NCBI GenBank assembly: GCA_031835245.2
Contig: JAVKOQ020000050.1
Location: 186,001 to 250,000, forward strand
DNA from: Balamuthia mandrillaris
Lineage: Eukaryota
Direction: 5' to 3'
Length of the DNA: 64,000 nucleotides
The position numbers were made by a program, and so were the translations under genes. Positions 35,150 to 47,245 of this stretch are shown piece by piece. Positions within the stretch are counted from its first letter, which is position 1. Every line of letters begins with the position of its first letter. The notes under the pieces were generated by a model, which saw only the letters and a list, made by a program, of their open reading frames with translations, did not search any database and was not told where the DNA came from.

Positions 35150-36294
35150 CAAAAGAGCAGTACGGCATCACGATGAGCAAAAGGCCAAGGAAGTGCCCCT
35201 CTCATGTAAATGGCCTTGCGGTACAACGAAACTTGCTCTATCAACCGACATTCCTTTTTAATGAATAAATGTTTGAAAATGAAATGAAGCAGGAGAGCAG
35301 AAGAATGATGAGACGTACAGCGAGCAAAGGTATCCATCTGTCATAGAGAGTGTGCTCGTTGATTACTGCTAATATGTTAAGAATTGGGCAACGCATTTTT
35401 CCTTTTGAGCAGACAGCAGAACCAAAATAAACAACAAGGCAGTTAGCACATAAAACAGGTAGAGAGGGAGGAGAGAAAGAGAAATAGTTTTACCTTTGAT
35501 CTTGATGGAATGAACTGGAGTGTCCTTTTCATGGCGATATAACGTCTCCACACCGTTGCTTTCTTTGATCAACGTCCATGCTTATGTGATTAAGAGAGTA
35601 AGCAGGAAGAAGGAGAAAAGGAAGAAGAAGCACAACAACATAAGCCAACAGAAGACAACAATAAAAGAAGACAACTACAACAGAAGACAACAGGAGAAGG
35701 AAGAGTTACATTCATCACTGAGAAGTTCTTCCAAGACAGTTTTGACCTCTGCGACCTCTTTTTTCAACTGCTTCCAACGCTGAACGTGCTCCTTTTGCCA
35801 AACTTGCAACAGTTGTTGCAATTCTTGTTGCACTGAAAAATGTGTTTTTTGTTTGTTCTTTTAGTAAGAAATGGAAAGAGAAGAGAAGGAGAGAAGAGAA
35901 GACGAAAAGCAAAGAGGAAAGTAAGAAAGAAAGAGAAACCTGTTGGGTCAGTTTTTTCTTGAGAGAGGTGGTGTCTAAGCGTCTTTTTCAGGGCTTTCAT
36001 TCTACGGTAGGCCTAAAAGGAAGAAAAGACCCGTTAAGTAACCAAAAACAAAAAACCAACAAAGAACTCGAGTCAGGAAGCAACCAGCAGCAATTTGTCT
36101 CTTTCGTGGAAGAAGATGGCCTCCTCCATCAACTTATCGAATGCTGCCAAGAAGGACTCTGCATCGTCTTTCCATAGGTCCCATTTTTCCTCGACAGTGG
36201 CACTGGTGGCCGACCTGCTTTGTCCCTGGTGTGGTTTCAACCCGTTTTTCTTGGAGGAGGAGGAGGATGGCTTCTTCCCCGTCGTCGTCTTCAT
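34400..36294 (-). CDS. START (lipid-transfer) domain protein, multi-exon; 3' end uncertain
   Basis: WTLIKESNGVETLYR..HSIKIKG, LPWPFAHRD, DMLEDEGMVLAVVR, YVRSEVKIAG. Confidence 0.7.
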
Positions 36295-36490
36295 TCTTTC
36301 TTTTTGTTTTGCTTCTTTCCAACTTCTCTCGATTATTATCAAAAATTCCAAATAATATTGTTTCTTCCAATAACTCTCGAAACTATCAAAATAAGACGCA
36401 AATAATTGCCAGAATGTCGACAAAAATTATTTGTCGACGTTTTTATGAATTTTGATTGGCTGACTGAAATTGGATTGCAAGAAAATACAG

Positions 36491-38495
36491 ATGAAGAAAG
36501 AGACACGACGGAAGGTGTTCCTTTCGGACCAAGGAAGAACGGGTAACGAGGACCACCATCCTCAACCACAACTGCGGTCGGACGTTACGCCTGAGGAACT
36601 GTTGGAGGACCTGCGAGCGGACAAAGCGCACCATGTGCTGCCTTCTTCCTCTTCCTTTTGGCGAAGCCCCACTACTGGTGCTACTCAACCGATCGCCTTT
36701 CGAAATCCATGGCCCACCTTCGGTTCGTTTCTTTTGTTGTTTTCTTTCTTTGTTCACATCTCATTCTTTCATCTGAAAAAAAAAACAAGTGGGTCGTTCG
36801 TTGAGCGATTTGTGGAAATTTGTAGGCGGTCAAAAGGAGCAGCTTCCTCCCCAGGAAAAGCTGCGACAAGCCTATCCGGTGCTTCATACCGACCTTTCGG
36901 CCCTTCGCCTGCCTCCTTCGGATCAGATGCAGCTCACCTGGATCGGTTCGAATTTTTTTTATTTTTTTTATTTAATTTCTTTTTTTTTCTTTTTTATTTA
37001 ATTTCTTTTTTTCTCTTTTTTATTTTTTTTCTTTTTTTTCTTTTTTTTCTTTATTTTTCTTTTTTTCTTTTTTTTTCTTTTTTTTCTTTTTTTTTTCTTT
37101 ATTTTTTTCTTTTTTATCTCTATTTATTTATTTATTTATTTATTTTTTTTTGGTTTACAATTGTTGTCTCATTTTTTGTGCTGATAACAACGATATTTGG
37201 TAATAATAATAAAAGGTCATGCGACAATGCTTTTACAAGTGGAAGGGCTGACGGCCCTCTTCGATCCGGTTTGGGCGGAGCGGTTGGCGCCCGTTAAGGC
37301 CATAGGGGGCGTCTTTGGGATGCCTCGCTACACGCCGCCCCCATTCTCTCTCGACGAACTTTTGGAGACAATAACGACGGTAGATCTCGTCTTCATTTCG
37401 CACTCACACTACGATCATTGCGACGTTGAGTCTATCATCGCTTTGGCTTCTCCCACTGTTTCGTCTTCTTCTTCTTCTTCTGCTTCCAGTGAAACCTCAC
37501 AAGAAGGAAGCAAGAGACCTCCAAGAGTGTGGGTGGTGCCGTTGCGGTTGGGGAGTTGGCTTCGTGATCTCTTTCGAAGTTATGGCATCAAACATACTTT
37601 AGAAGGAGATGCACAAAGCGAGATTGAGACAGCAACAAAAGAGGAACGGTATAACCGGATCGTGGAGTTGGATTGGTGGCAACAGTTCGAGTACAAATAC
37701 ATCCCAACGAAAGTTACAAAAGAAGCTAATAATAAAGACGACGAAGAGGAAGCAGAGAGAGAAGATGAAGAAGATGAAGAAGAAATGGAAGTGGAGGAAA
37801 AGACATTTACGGTGATAGCAACGCCCTGTCAGCATTGGTCGAACAGAGGTCTGACCGATAGAAACGTTACTCTGTGGGCGAGCTTCGTGCTGATGGGGTC
37901 CTCTGGTTCTCGTATCTTTTTTGCGGGCGATACAGGATACTGTCCTGCCTTCCAACAAATCGGCTCGCTCTTCGGCCCCTTTCATCTTTCCATGCTCCCT
38001 ATTGGTACGTCTTTTCTCTTTTTTCATCTTCCTGTGTCTTCTCACTGGTCTCTTTTCTCCTTGCTCTTCTTTTCTGGTGGTTGTGGTCGGCAATGAAAAG
38101 GAGCATATCTTCCACGAGAGTCGCATAAGGTGGTGCACATAAATCCAGAAGAAGCTGTTCGCATTCACCTTGATCTCCGTTCTAAATTTAGCGTTGGAAT
38201 GCACTTTGGAACGTTTGGAGGAAAGAAAATGGGTTCGTTCTCTTTCTTCTTCTTTCTTCCTCTTCTCTTCTCTTCGGTTCTTTTGCTTCTATTCTTACTT
38301 TCGACTTTTATCTCTGTTCTCACAGGTTACCGTCCGATTTTGGAACCTCCACATAAGCTCAAAGAAGAGTTGCGTAAAGCTAACGTTGATGAAGATCAAT
38401 TCGTCACCATCAAACACGGAGAGACTATTCTCATTCCCACTCTGTTGACGAAAGAAGGAGAAGACGATGGAGAGGATAACGATGAAAAAAATTGA
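36491..38495 (+). CDS. NAPEPLD: N-acyl-phosphatidylethanolamine phospholipase D (metallo-beta-lactamase fold), multi-exon
   Basis: FRNPWP, LTWIGHAT, ISHSHYDHCD, ELDWW, PCQHWSNR, FFAGDTGY, HINPEEAV, GMHFGTF. Confidence 0.9.
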
Positions 38496-38576
38496 AAGCG
38501 GAAATGTATAAATAGTCAAACAATTAATAGGGATGCAAATAAGAAAGAGAGCAAACGAGAAAGAGAGTTTTCTTTT

Positions 38577-38693
38577 TTAGTGCACAATGGGCAGCAGTGG
38601 TTGTGCTTTTATCTCAGAAAAGTCCAGTTTCTTATCCAGTTCGTGGTCCACCTCTCCAATCACCGCCCTTTGTTGTTATGAAGAATGTAAGCT

Positions 38694-38743
<50 letters not shown>

Positions 38744-38773
38744 CAGAGAAATAGAGAGAAAGTGAGAAAGAGA

Positions 38774-38811
<38 letters not shown>

Positions 38812-39256
38812 CAGAAATAAACAAAAGAGACAAGGACAACAAAGAATAAAACAAAGAGAAAATGAACCCCTACATGTTATCTCCTCGAACAATGTAAAGG
38901 CCAAGGTCGGCCTGCTCCACTCCTTCAGGAGTGTAGACCCGCTCTTGACAGTTTTCCAAAATGATGTTGGCATACTGATCCACGCCACGGAGCAAACCCT
39001 TGCAATGGAGAGGAGAAAAAAAGTTATTGTTAGCATATAAACATCAAAACAACCAAGAAAGGGGCACAGAGGAGAGGTACCACTAAAACCCGAGCGTCGT
39101 TGGTTATCACTGATACAGTTCCTGTTTTGTTTTTTTGTTTTTGTTTTTTTGTTGTTGTTGTTGTGAACACAACACAAATCAATCGAGATGATATGGTTTC
39201 TACTACGTGTTAACGAGTATGTACGCACTATTCACAAAGCTTTCCAACAGCGACAT
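38577..39256 (-). CDS. LSM8: U6 snRNA-associated Sm-like protein LSm8, 4 exons
   Basis: MSLLESFVN/RTVSVITNDARVLV/GLLRGVDQYANIILENCQERVYTPEGVEQADLGLYIVRGDN/AVIGEVDHELDKKLDFSEIKAQPLLPIVH. Confidence 0.9.
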
Positions 39257-39411
39257 CGTGTTGCTGGCCTGCTGCTTTGCTGACTATTCACCCCAAAACG
39301 CTCTCCGCTCTCTTTCTTTATTGTCGACACATTAACATTCATGTCGTTGCGAAACCTGAGCGGTATTTCGTGTCGACATGGAATTAAAATCAGAGAGAAG
39401 AGAACAGAGAG

Positions 39412-39453
<42 letters not shown>

Positions 39454-39520
39454 CATGCGCTCTTGAAATGTGCGAGTGGGTTTGTCGTGTTGCAGGAAAG
39501 AGGGTGCTTATTGTTTGTGC

Positions 39521-39653
39521 TTAATAGGAAGGAGCAGGGGAAAACAGCAAGTAAAGGCTCATGGCAACCATGGACGCTGATACCCATGGACTCACCCGTT
39601 CTCCTTTAAGGTTTTTTCAAATGTAAGACCACATGTACCAAGGAGCAAGAGAA

Positions 39654-39695
<42 letters not shown>

Positions 39696-40057
39696 ACCAA
39701 TGCGAGCTGCTTTCCAGAATATTCCAGAAAAACTGTAACAAAAAAAAGCAAGAAAGAAAAACATGCATTTGTTTGAGAGGAACGAAGCAAAGGCCGAAAA
39801 AAAATAAGAGGGAAACACATACCCGTGCTTGTTTTTATCCAACAGGGCAGGCATACGTTCGCGTATGTATGTGCAGGTGGCAATCAGCAAAAGGACCACC
39901 ACCAAGAAGCTCTGGAAGTTAAACAACGCTGACTGTAAAACAAAACACAAAAAGGACGACACAAACACAAAGACAAAAGAAAAGCAACGAAGTAGTGAGT
40001 AGTTACAACCCACGCAAGCAAAAGGGAACAAAAAGAAAGATCAGATGGGCAAACCAT
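39521..40057 (-). CDS. TMEM167: Protein kish (TMEM167), 4 exons
   Basis: M/SALFNFQSFLVVVLLLIATCTYIR...KHG/FSGIFWKAARIG/ERVSPWVS. Confidence 0.92.
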
Positions 40058-40366
40058 TCTTCTTCTTTTCTGTTCGTCGTTCCTTTCTTCTTGTTGAAAT
40101 CTTTCGTGTCGACGTGACAAATCTGATGACGTGTCAATATTATCGAATATATTATCTCCATATTTGGATCGAAAAATTGAATTATTCAACATTTTATCGA
40201 CAAAATGTGCAAATATAGATAACATCGAGGAAACTTCCAAAAAGAAAGCCGAAGAAAGAGAGTCTACTCTCTTGTGTCGGTTGGCTCTTGGTCTCCTGCA
40301 ACCCGCGGCTTGCGCTGTCTCAGGTTTTTTGCCCTTTTCCATCCAAAGACAACCAAAACAAAAATA

Positions 40367-40886
40367 ATGGAATCAGCGGAGACCTACGGCAATAGCAACA
40401 ATGCTGCACAAACCGAAGAGGAGGAGACGTTTCCGACGCCGCGAGTCGAAGAACGAGAACCACACGAGCTGGACTGCCCGCTTTGTAGATCCGTGCTCTA
40501 CGAGCCCATCACCACTCCTTGTGGACACAATTTTTGCAAACCATGTTTGCTCAGGTTCTTGCTCCTTTTATGTTTCGCTTTCTACTTCCCTTCTTAAAAG
40601 TAAATATTCATTGGTATGGCTCCACAGGGCATTGGACTACAGCCCCAAATGTCCCATTTGTAGAGAAAGCCTGTACATGATGCCGAGCCACCCAATCAAC
40701 TCTCTGCTGAAAACATTGGCCAGACACACGTTTCCTCAGGAATACCTCGCCCGCCTCAAGGAAGACACAAACCGCAAACGTGACTTGCATTTCAACTTGC
40801 CTCTCTTCGTGCTAGATGCTGTACATATCTTTCTCTTTTTGTTTTTTCCATTTCTGTATTCTTCCTTTCTCTCTCTCTTTTCTGTA

Positions 40887-40926
<40 letters not shown>

Positions 40927-42077
40927 TTCTCTCTCGCTCTTTCTTGCTCTGTTATCTGATTGTCCATTGAATGAAGGTATTGTTTCCGGAGATGCCGATG
41001 ACGATACACGTATTTGAGTACCGTTACCAAGTAATGTTAGAACGTTGCCTTCAGGGCTCTCGTTGTTTTGGCATCATTGCACCCCAAAAAACTGTACTTT
41101 ATTGCTTCAGCTTCTCGTTTTTCGTTTCTCGTTCTTTGTTATTGTTTGGTTGTTACTTATACAAAGAAAGGTGGGTACATTAGCAAGGATCGATAGATGT
41201 TTTAGATTGCCAGATGGACGGAGCGTTTTGCACCTTGTTGGAAGTTATCGCTTTCACGTGGTGGAGCGTTGGATTGAGGCTGAAGGCTACCACGCCGCGA
41301 AGGTTCACTCTCCCTCCTGCATGCGCACACATGCATACCCTCTTTCTCTCCTCTATTAATACTCCATTTGCGTTTCATGTATTTTCTTAGATACTTCCTT
41401 TGGAAGACGAAGAGGACAAACAACAAACAAAAGAAGAAATAAAGGAGTTGCGGGAAAGCACGTCAGGCGAACCAAATGAACAAGATACAGCAACTGAACA
41501 AGGGGAACTACAGGCCCTGCGCAAAAGAGGATCAACAGGAGCCACCAGTACCGCACCAGAGGAGCAAGAACATGAAACAACGGAAACTGTATTCGCTCAA
41601 ATTACACGAGAGTTGGAGCATAAGCTACGCATTCATGGTAGCGTATTTTTCTCTAGCGACATGAGAGAAGGATAACACGCAGAGAAGAGAAGCGAGAAGA
41701 GAGAAGAATCGACATTAGTTTAACGTTTATCAAATGCAGACCGCCGGTTACTGGAGGAACTGCACGGACCTATTCCGTTCAACAACCCTCAAAAGCTTTC
41801 CTACTGGTTGGCTTGCAGCCTGCCTCTGTCAATTGAGGTCCCTCTGTCATACCCCCATTTTCATTTCATTCTGTTTGTTTTTTTCTTATTTTCAACTCCC
41901 AAAAAGCAGAACAAACAAAGCCTATTGGAAATTCACTCAACGAAAGAGAGACTAATGTTGGAGCGACAATATTTGGCCTCAATAGAGACACTTGCGCCTG
42001 CTCATCCCCCAACTCGCAAGTATCTACCTTACATCCTTGGTATCCTCTTCCTCCTTTTGCTTTGGATCAAGAAATAG
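40367..42077 (+). CDS. LONRF: RING finger plus LON N-terminal (substrate-binding) domain protein, with hydrophobic C-terminal tail
   Basis: CPLC...PITTPCGHNFCKPCL..CPICR; LPLFVL, VLFP, HVFEYRY, LPDGRS, FSYWLA. Confidence 0.88.
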
Positions 42078-42140
42078 TAATAAACAACAAGAAAGACGGA
42101 GTTAAGACAAAGTTTAAGCTGAAGGGGAAAAACAGCAACA

Positions 42141-43508
42141 TCACTTGACTTTGCCCTTTGTCTTGGCTTTCTGCTTGCCCTTTCCACTTACTTCCTCTTC
42201 CGAACTCTCCGATGACGCCTGATGCCCATTTTCTTGTCCTTTCCTTTCCTCCTTTTCATCACCCTCATCTGCTCCATTCATGTCCACTTGTTCATCATCC
42301 TCACCATTACCGTCGGCAAAGAGACCTTTCCCTGATGAACTGCTGTTATTGCTGCTACCCTCCACAACGCCTCCATCTCCCATCTTCAGCGGCTTGAAAG
42401 GAATCCCAAAATGCTCCTCCTCTCTTCGTCTTCGTTCGTTCTCAGCTTCCACCATCTTCGGAAAAACTTTGTCGTGGTCGTAGACGAACTCATTCTTGCC
42501 ACCATAGCAACTCTCCAACTCTTCCATGTCGAAGAACCGCGGGAAGATCTTCTTCCGATCTTCCTCGTTGCTAACAAAGTTGACCTTCTGGTGGGTGCGT
42601 TCGTCGATGAGCTTCTTGGCCAGTTTCCAAAAGGCCCTGAAGATGACCGGCGTGTCCAGCAGAAAGGTGACGCCCAGTCGCTCGGGATAGTGGTCCAACG
42701 TCTTGGCCAACTCCTTAGAGAGGCTCATGTTGATGTCCTTCTTGGCGAACTTCTTGCAGTCAAAGAACCAGGCCACTTGGTCCTCTACAGGAGTGTTATC
42801 CAAGGAAAACGAGGAGATAAGAAGCTGTTCCGACGAAGAAGGCGACTCGAGAAAACGTTTGGCTTGCTCGAGAACCCGATGGGCCAGCGCCACTTCGTCT
42901 TCGGGCGGAACGCCTTGCTCCGCCGCCACCTTTTGCCTCCGCTCCTCCATCAGCTCGAAGCTCCGCTCCATCTGGTACAAGATGGTCTTGATCTTGCCGA
43001 CGTTGTCTCCCGGCGTGTCCAGCCGCACCCGCATGTAAATGACCGGCCTGCCCTCTTTGGTCCACCCGTTGTGATAGTTCTTGCCGCTGCGGAAGTGTTG
43101 CTCTACCTCCGTGCAGCGGATGCGGTAAGGCCTTACCTCCCGGCGCCAACGAAGGTTCTCTCTAAGCATTTCTAACGTCTTGGGCAGGTTCCATTGGCGA
43201 GCTCTAAGGTGACGCAAGAAGCAGGCGTCGTCAAAGCAAGCCAGCTCCCTGGGACTAAGCAGGGTGGAGGCCAGTTTCTTCTGTGGGTCTTTCTCTTCCT
43301 CTTCGTTGAGCGGTCGAGGGGGTTCGTCGGGGTCGGGAGTGAGAGGATTGGCTTGAAGGCTTTCGTAAAAGAGCTGTTTGATCTGGTCCAACTTTTGCAG
43401 TTGGCTCTCCAGCTCTTTGACTTTAACGGTTACAACCGCTGGATCCAACGGGGCGGAACTTGAAGAAGCCGCCCGTGAAGCCGTTTTACCTTTGCGTACT
43501 TCGGACAT
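42141..43508 (-). CDS. CRAL-TRIO/Sec14 lipid-binding protein, intronless
   Basis: DDACFLRHLRARQW, LRWRR, GRPVIY, DHYPERLG, FWK, YGG. Confidence 0.9.
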   Translation of the reverse strand: MSEVRKGKTASRAASSSSAPLDPAVVTVKVKELESQLQKLDQIKQLFYESLQANPLTPDPDEPPRPLNEEEEKDPQKKLASTLLSPRELACFDDACFLRHLRARQWNLPKTLEMLRENLRWRREVRPYRIRCTEVEQHFRSGKNYHNGWTKEGRPVIYMRVRLDTPGDNVGKIKTILYQMERSFELMEERRQKVAAEQGVPPEDEVALAHRVLEQAKRFLESPSSSEQLLISSFSLDNTPVEDQVAWFFDCKKFAKKDINMSLSKELAKTLDHYPERLGVTFLLDTPVIFRAFWKLAKKLIDERTHQKVNFVSNEEDRKKIFPRFFDMEELESCYGGKNEFVYDHDKVFPKMVEAENERRRREEEHFGIPFKPLKMGDGGVVEGSSNNSSSSGKGLFADGNGEDDEQVDMNGADEGDEKEERKGQENGHQASSESSEEEVSGKGKQKAKTKGKVK

Positions 43509-43888
43509 CTTCGCTGTAGGAGGGTAGGTTTGTCTTCCCCAAGGCTTTGTCAAGCGCCGACGGGCCTTTTATTTGCGTTCGTTTCCGCAAAGGAAGAGAC
43601 CAAAGGCGAGAACTGCGGGGAATTATCTTGGCGCACCTTTTCTTTATTCTTTTTAAATTAAATAATAATAATTTTATAATAAGGTTTCCTTAAAATTATA
43701 ATTAAGGTGTGCTTACGCTTTGAATTTTTATTGGTTGGGACCCAAGTGCTTCGATTTGTGATTGGGCAGCTATACTGCCTTTTCGTTCTGCCACTTTCGC
43801 CAACTTTTTTAAACTTGTGGCCAAACTTAACAATCCTGGCCAAACTTGCACAAGTCCAGCATCCACTACGTTATTGTGGTGGAAGGGG

Positions 43889-44282
43889 TTAGGGTCTTCT
43901 GCCGCTTTCGGCGATCAACAGGTGCGAGTGCGTCTCTCTTTCTTTATGTTCCTCCTCTGAAGTACAGTCGTCATCGACTTCAGGCAACACTACTGTTGCG
44001 TTGCATTCCTCTTCTGCTTTTTCAACTTGCTCTCCCTCCTCTTTGTCCTCAAAGTCGCTGTCAACTGGAAGCAGCCCTTCTTCCAGTTCCAACTCGTCTC
44101 TTTCTTTGTTGCGTTTTTTTTCTTTATGAATTTCAACGCCATCTCCTTTCTCAACGGCCTGTTCTGAAGCAGGGACATTTGTGGTTGTAAAGCAAATGCC
44201 TAACAGTCGTTCCTTGTATCGAAGCCCAAAAAATATTGGCAGAGACACCTGTTGTGTGTTTTCACAATATCAAACAAATGAG

Positions 44283-44329
<47 letters not shown>

Positions 44330-45697
44330 ATAGGAGCACTAACAAAACAAGCCGATATAAACCATGTTATGACCACTGAAATCACTACTGTCATCATGTG
44401 ATGTTCCCCGCCTATGTAAATAGTGATGAGGATTCAGGTAAAGCTCTCCATTTTCTCGTTTTCTCATCTTCTACGTTTACACAAAATGGAACAAACCTGT
44501 TGACGTGGAGCTAAGTTGTGAAAGTATGAGAGGCAAAATAATGGGATAGGATCCAACGCTGGTACTGCCCAACATCATAGGACCAACTGCTCCAGATGGC
44601 ACTGCCTCTCCTTGGCTGATCCAAAGGCCCACCATGCTGTTTAGGTTGAATGAGAACATTGAGAAGAAAGAACAAAGAGAATAATGAAAGCACAAGAAGT
44701 AGAAGACCTTGTAAGAAATATAGCAGGAAAAGCAGCTGTGATACCAGCCACCACCTCCTCCCAATGAGCCAACAGAATACATATTCCAATGGCTCCCCCC
44801 GCGAGTAAAGCTCTAGCAAAGTAAACTCCCATTCCCACTTTGCGTGTTCCTTTCGGCGATGGCACCGACTTGAGGCACGCTAACACTCCCGCCTGTGTTT
44901 GTGTGAAACGAGTTTTTTTGAGCAGCATACACCAACAAAAATAAAATAAAGTGAAGAAGCAAACGAAAGTATGCGAGAAGGGAAAAGAGCGCAGAGAGGA
45001 GAAGAGGAAGAAGAAGAGAAGAAGAACAAGAGCAAGAGCAAGAAGAGAAGACGTACAATAAACATGGCAACAACACAAAGAGGACCAATAATGACAACAG
45101 TGACCCCAGTATGCTCTGCCAGCAGGTGCAAACCAAAAAAGGCCAATATGGCAGATACTAGCCACACCAAAAGAGAGATGGCGATCATCATGCTCAGCCG
45201 TTTGTACAGACTGACCGAAGGCAAGTGTGGAGGAATCACTCGCCACAGGAACAAACATCCGATGCTCAATGTCATTCCTGTTTGTTTGGTGCTTTCAGCA
45301 AAAACAAAAGCCAGAACATGCATGAAAAAGGAGGAGAAAGGAGGCAGCGGGAAGAAGGAAGGTAGAAGGAAGGAAGAATAAGCAGAGAGCGAACCAACGG
45401 GAACAGCGTAAAGAGCTTCTTGGAGGTCATCCAGAGAGGATGTGCGCAAGGCAAGCCCTATGCTTGCTGGCACCACCGTTGAAGGCAAAGTACTTTTTTT
45501 AAAAAACAAAAAACACTGAGGTTAACTCTATGTTTACTGGAAAGAAGAGGAAAGATCAAAGAAAAGAGGAAAGAAATAAGCACAAACCCAATGACACCTC
45601 CAACAGTGCCACCAAAGCGTTCGATGGCAACAGTGACGCCAACGGCAGCCAAGCCTGCAAACACAGAGCTAAGGGCGATATTCAGCACCACTTCCAT
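43889..45697 (-). CDS. Uncharacterised polytopic membrane protein, multi-exon
   Basis: MEVVLNIALSSVFAGLAAVGVTVAIERFGGTVGGVIG/TLPSTVVPASIG, then many Gly-rich TM helices including VAGITAAFPAIFLT; acidic tail. Confidence 0.65.
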
Positions 45698-46061
45698 TGT
45701 ATCCTTGGCACTTCAAAGGAGCCACTCGCAAAGTTAGATCACCACCTGTTTTCTTTGTGCTTTTCTCTCTTTTCTACTCTGCCTCCTCCTCCTCCGGAGT
45801 GTTATAAAATGGATCGCAAGAATGCAAAAGGGTTGAGGAGCTGGGGGGTTCCGAAGAGGCAGAAGTATAAGCAAAATGAGTGGGGCCGTGGCTGGGGTTC
45901 GCCTGGTGGTGGTGCTACATAAGCAAGTGCTTCTCTGGGGGACGAACTTGCTTCGCCTTAAACCCAAATGGGGCTGTTTTAAGGTGGTAATGCTTGTCGA
46001 CATTAATTTTTTTACAACAATAAAACAAAAAAAAGCACAGGGGGTTCGAGGAAGAGAGGAA

Positions 46062-47199
46062 TCAAGAGCGATAGGTCCGCACAATGCGAGTCACTTTGGT
46101 GTTGCATATGGGGCAGACAGCGCCCGTTGGTTTCTTCTTTATGGCATTGGCACATTTTTGACACAACACGTTGTGACCGCACCATAGTAAAACCTTTTTG
46201 GATATTCATCAAAAAATGAGAAACAACAAAACAACGTCGTCAGAATGGAAACAGAACAGGGAGAACAGAAAGAAGATTGCGAAGGAAGGTGTACAGTATC
46301 AATGCGTTCATCCATGCAAATCCTACAGAAGCTATCCTCCTCAAGGTAAGATATTTTGCTATCTCTCATCTGGATGTGTCGTTCCTTTTCCAACAACGCA
46401 GCCTCCAAACTTTGTATCCGCTGTTGGAGAGCTGAAACAAGATTTCCGCCAGCCTCCACCTCCCCTTTTTGAACAAGAAGAGATGGTGTTGAGGTGGAAG
46501 TGGTAGAAATGGTGGTAGTTGTTGTTTGAAGAATAGTGGTGGTTTTGGTCTTACTTTCTTTGAGTTGTTGGGATTGTTTTGCTTTGACTGGTTCGAGAGA
46601 GAACAAATCAAAGTTGTCCCAATCTTCAAAGTCATCTTCTTCCTCGTCAAACGGTTTCTTCATCGCTGTTGTTTGTTCTTTGCTTTCACTTTCGTCCTCA
46701 TCATCTTCTGTCATGAAAATAGAAAACGGGTTCAGGTTTAACGATTCATCGTAATCATCATCACAGCTCTGTTCATTGCCAGGTTTGGTGTTGCTTTTGT
46801 TGTTGTTGTCCTTCTTTTGCACTTCCTCCTCATCATCGCCAAAAAGACTGGCAACACTTACGTCTTCATCTTCCTCGTCAACAGAACCAAAGAAAATTGG
46901 TCTGCGAGTCACGACTGGGGATCGAGAAGCAGCAGTAGATGAAGACGACAAGGAAGGACGAGAAGAAGATGATAAGGAAGACGAGGAACTGGACGAGGAT
47001 GGAAGCATGAAAGCAGCAAAAGGGTCCTCTTCGCTGTCAGCATCATCCTCCAACTCGGCAGCTGCCCCAGCAATTGGGTGTTCACCGGTTAGAGCTTCCA
47101 ACAAAACCGTTATCAGTTCTGGCTCTGCATTTCTTAGTGCATATTCCAACGCGTTGTTTCCTGTTTCAGGACGCAAGAATAACCGAAATAAGGACAAGC

Positions 47200-47245
<46 letters not shown>

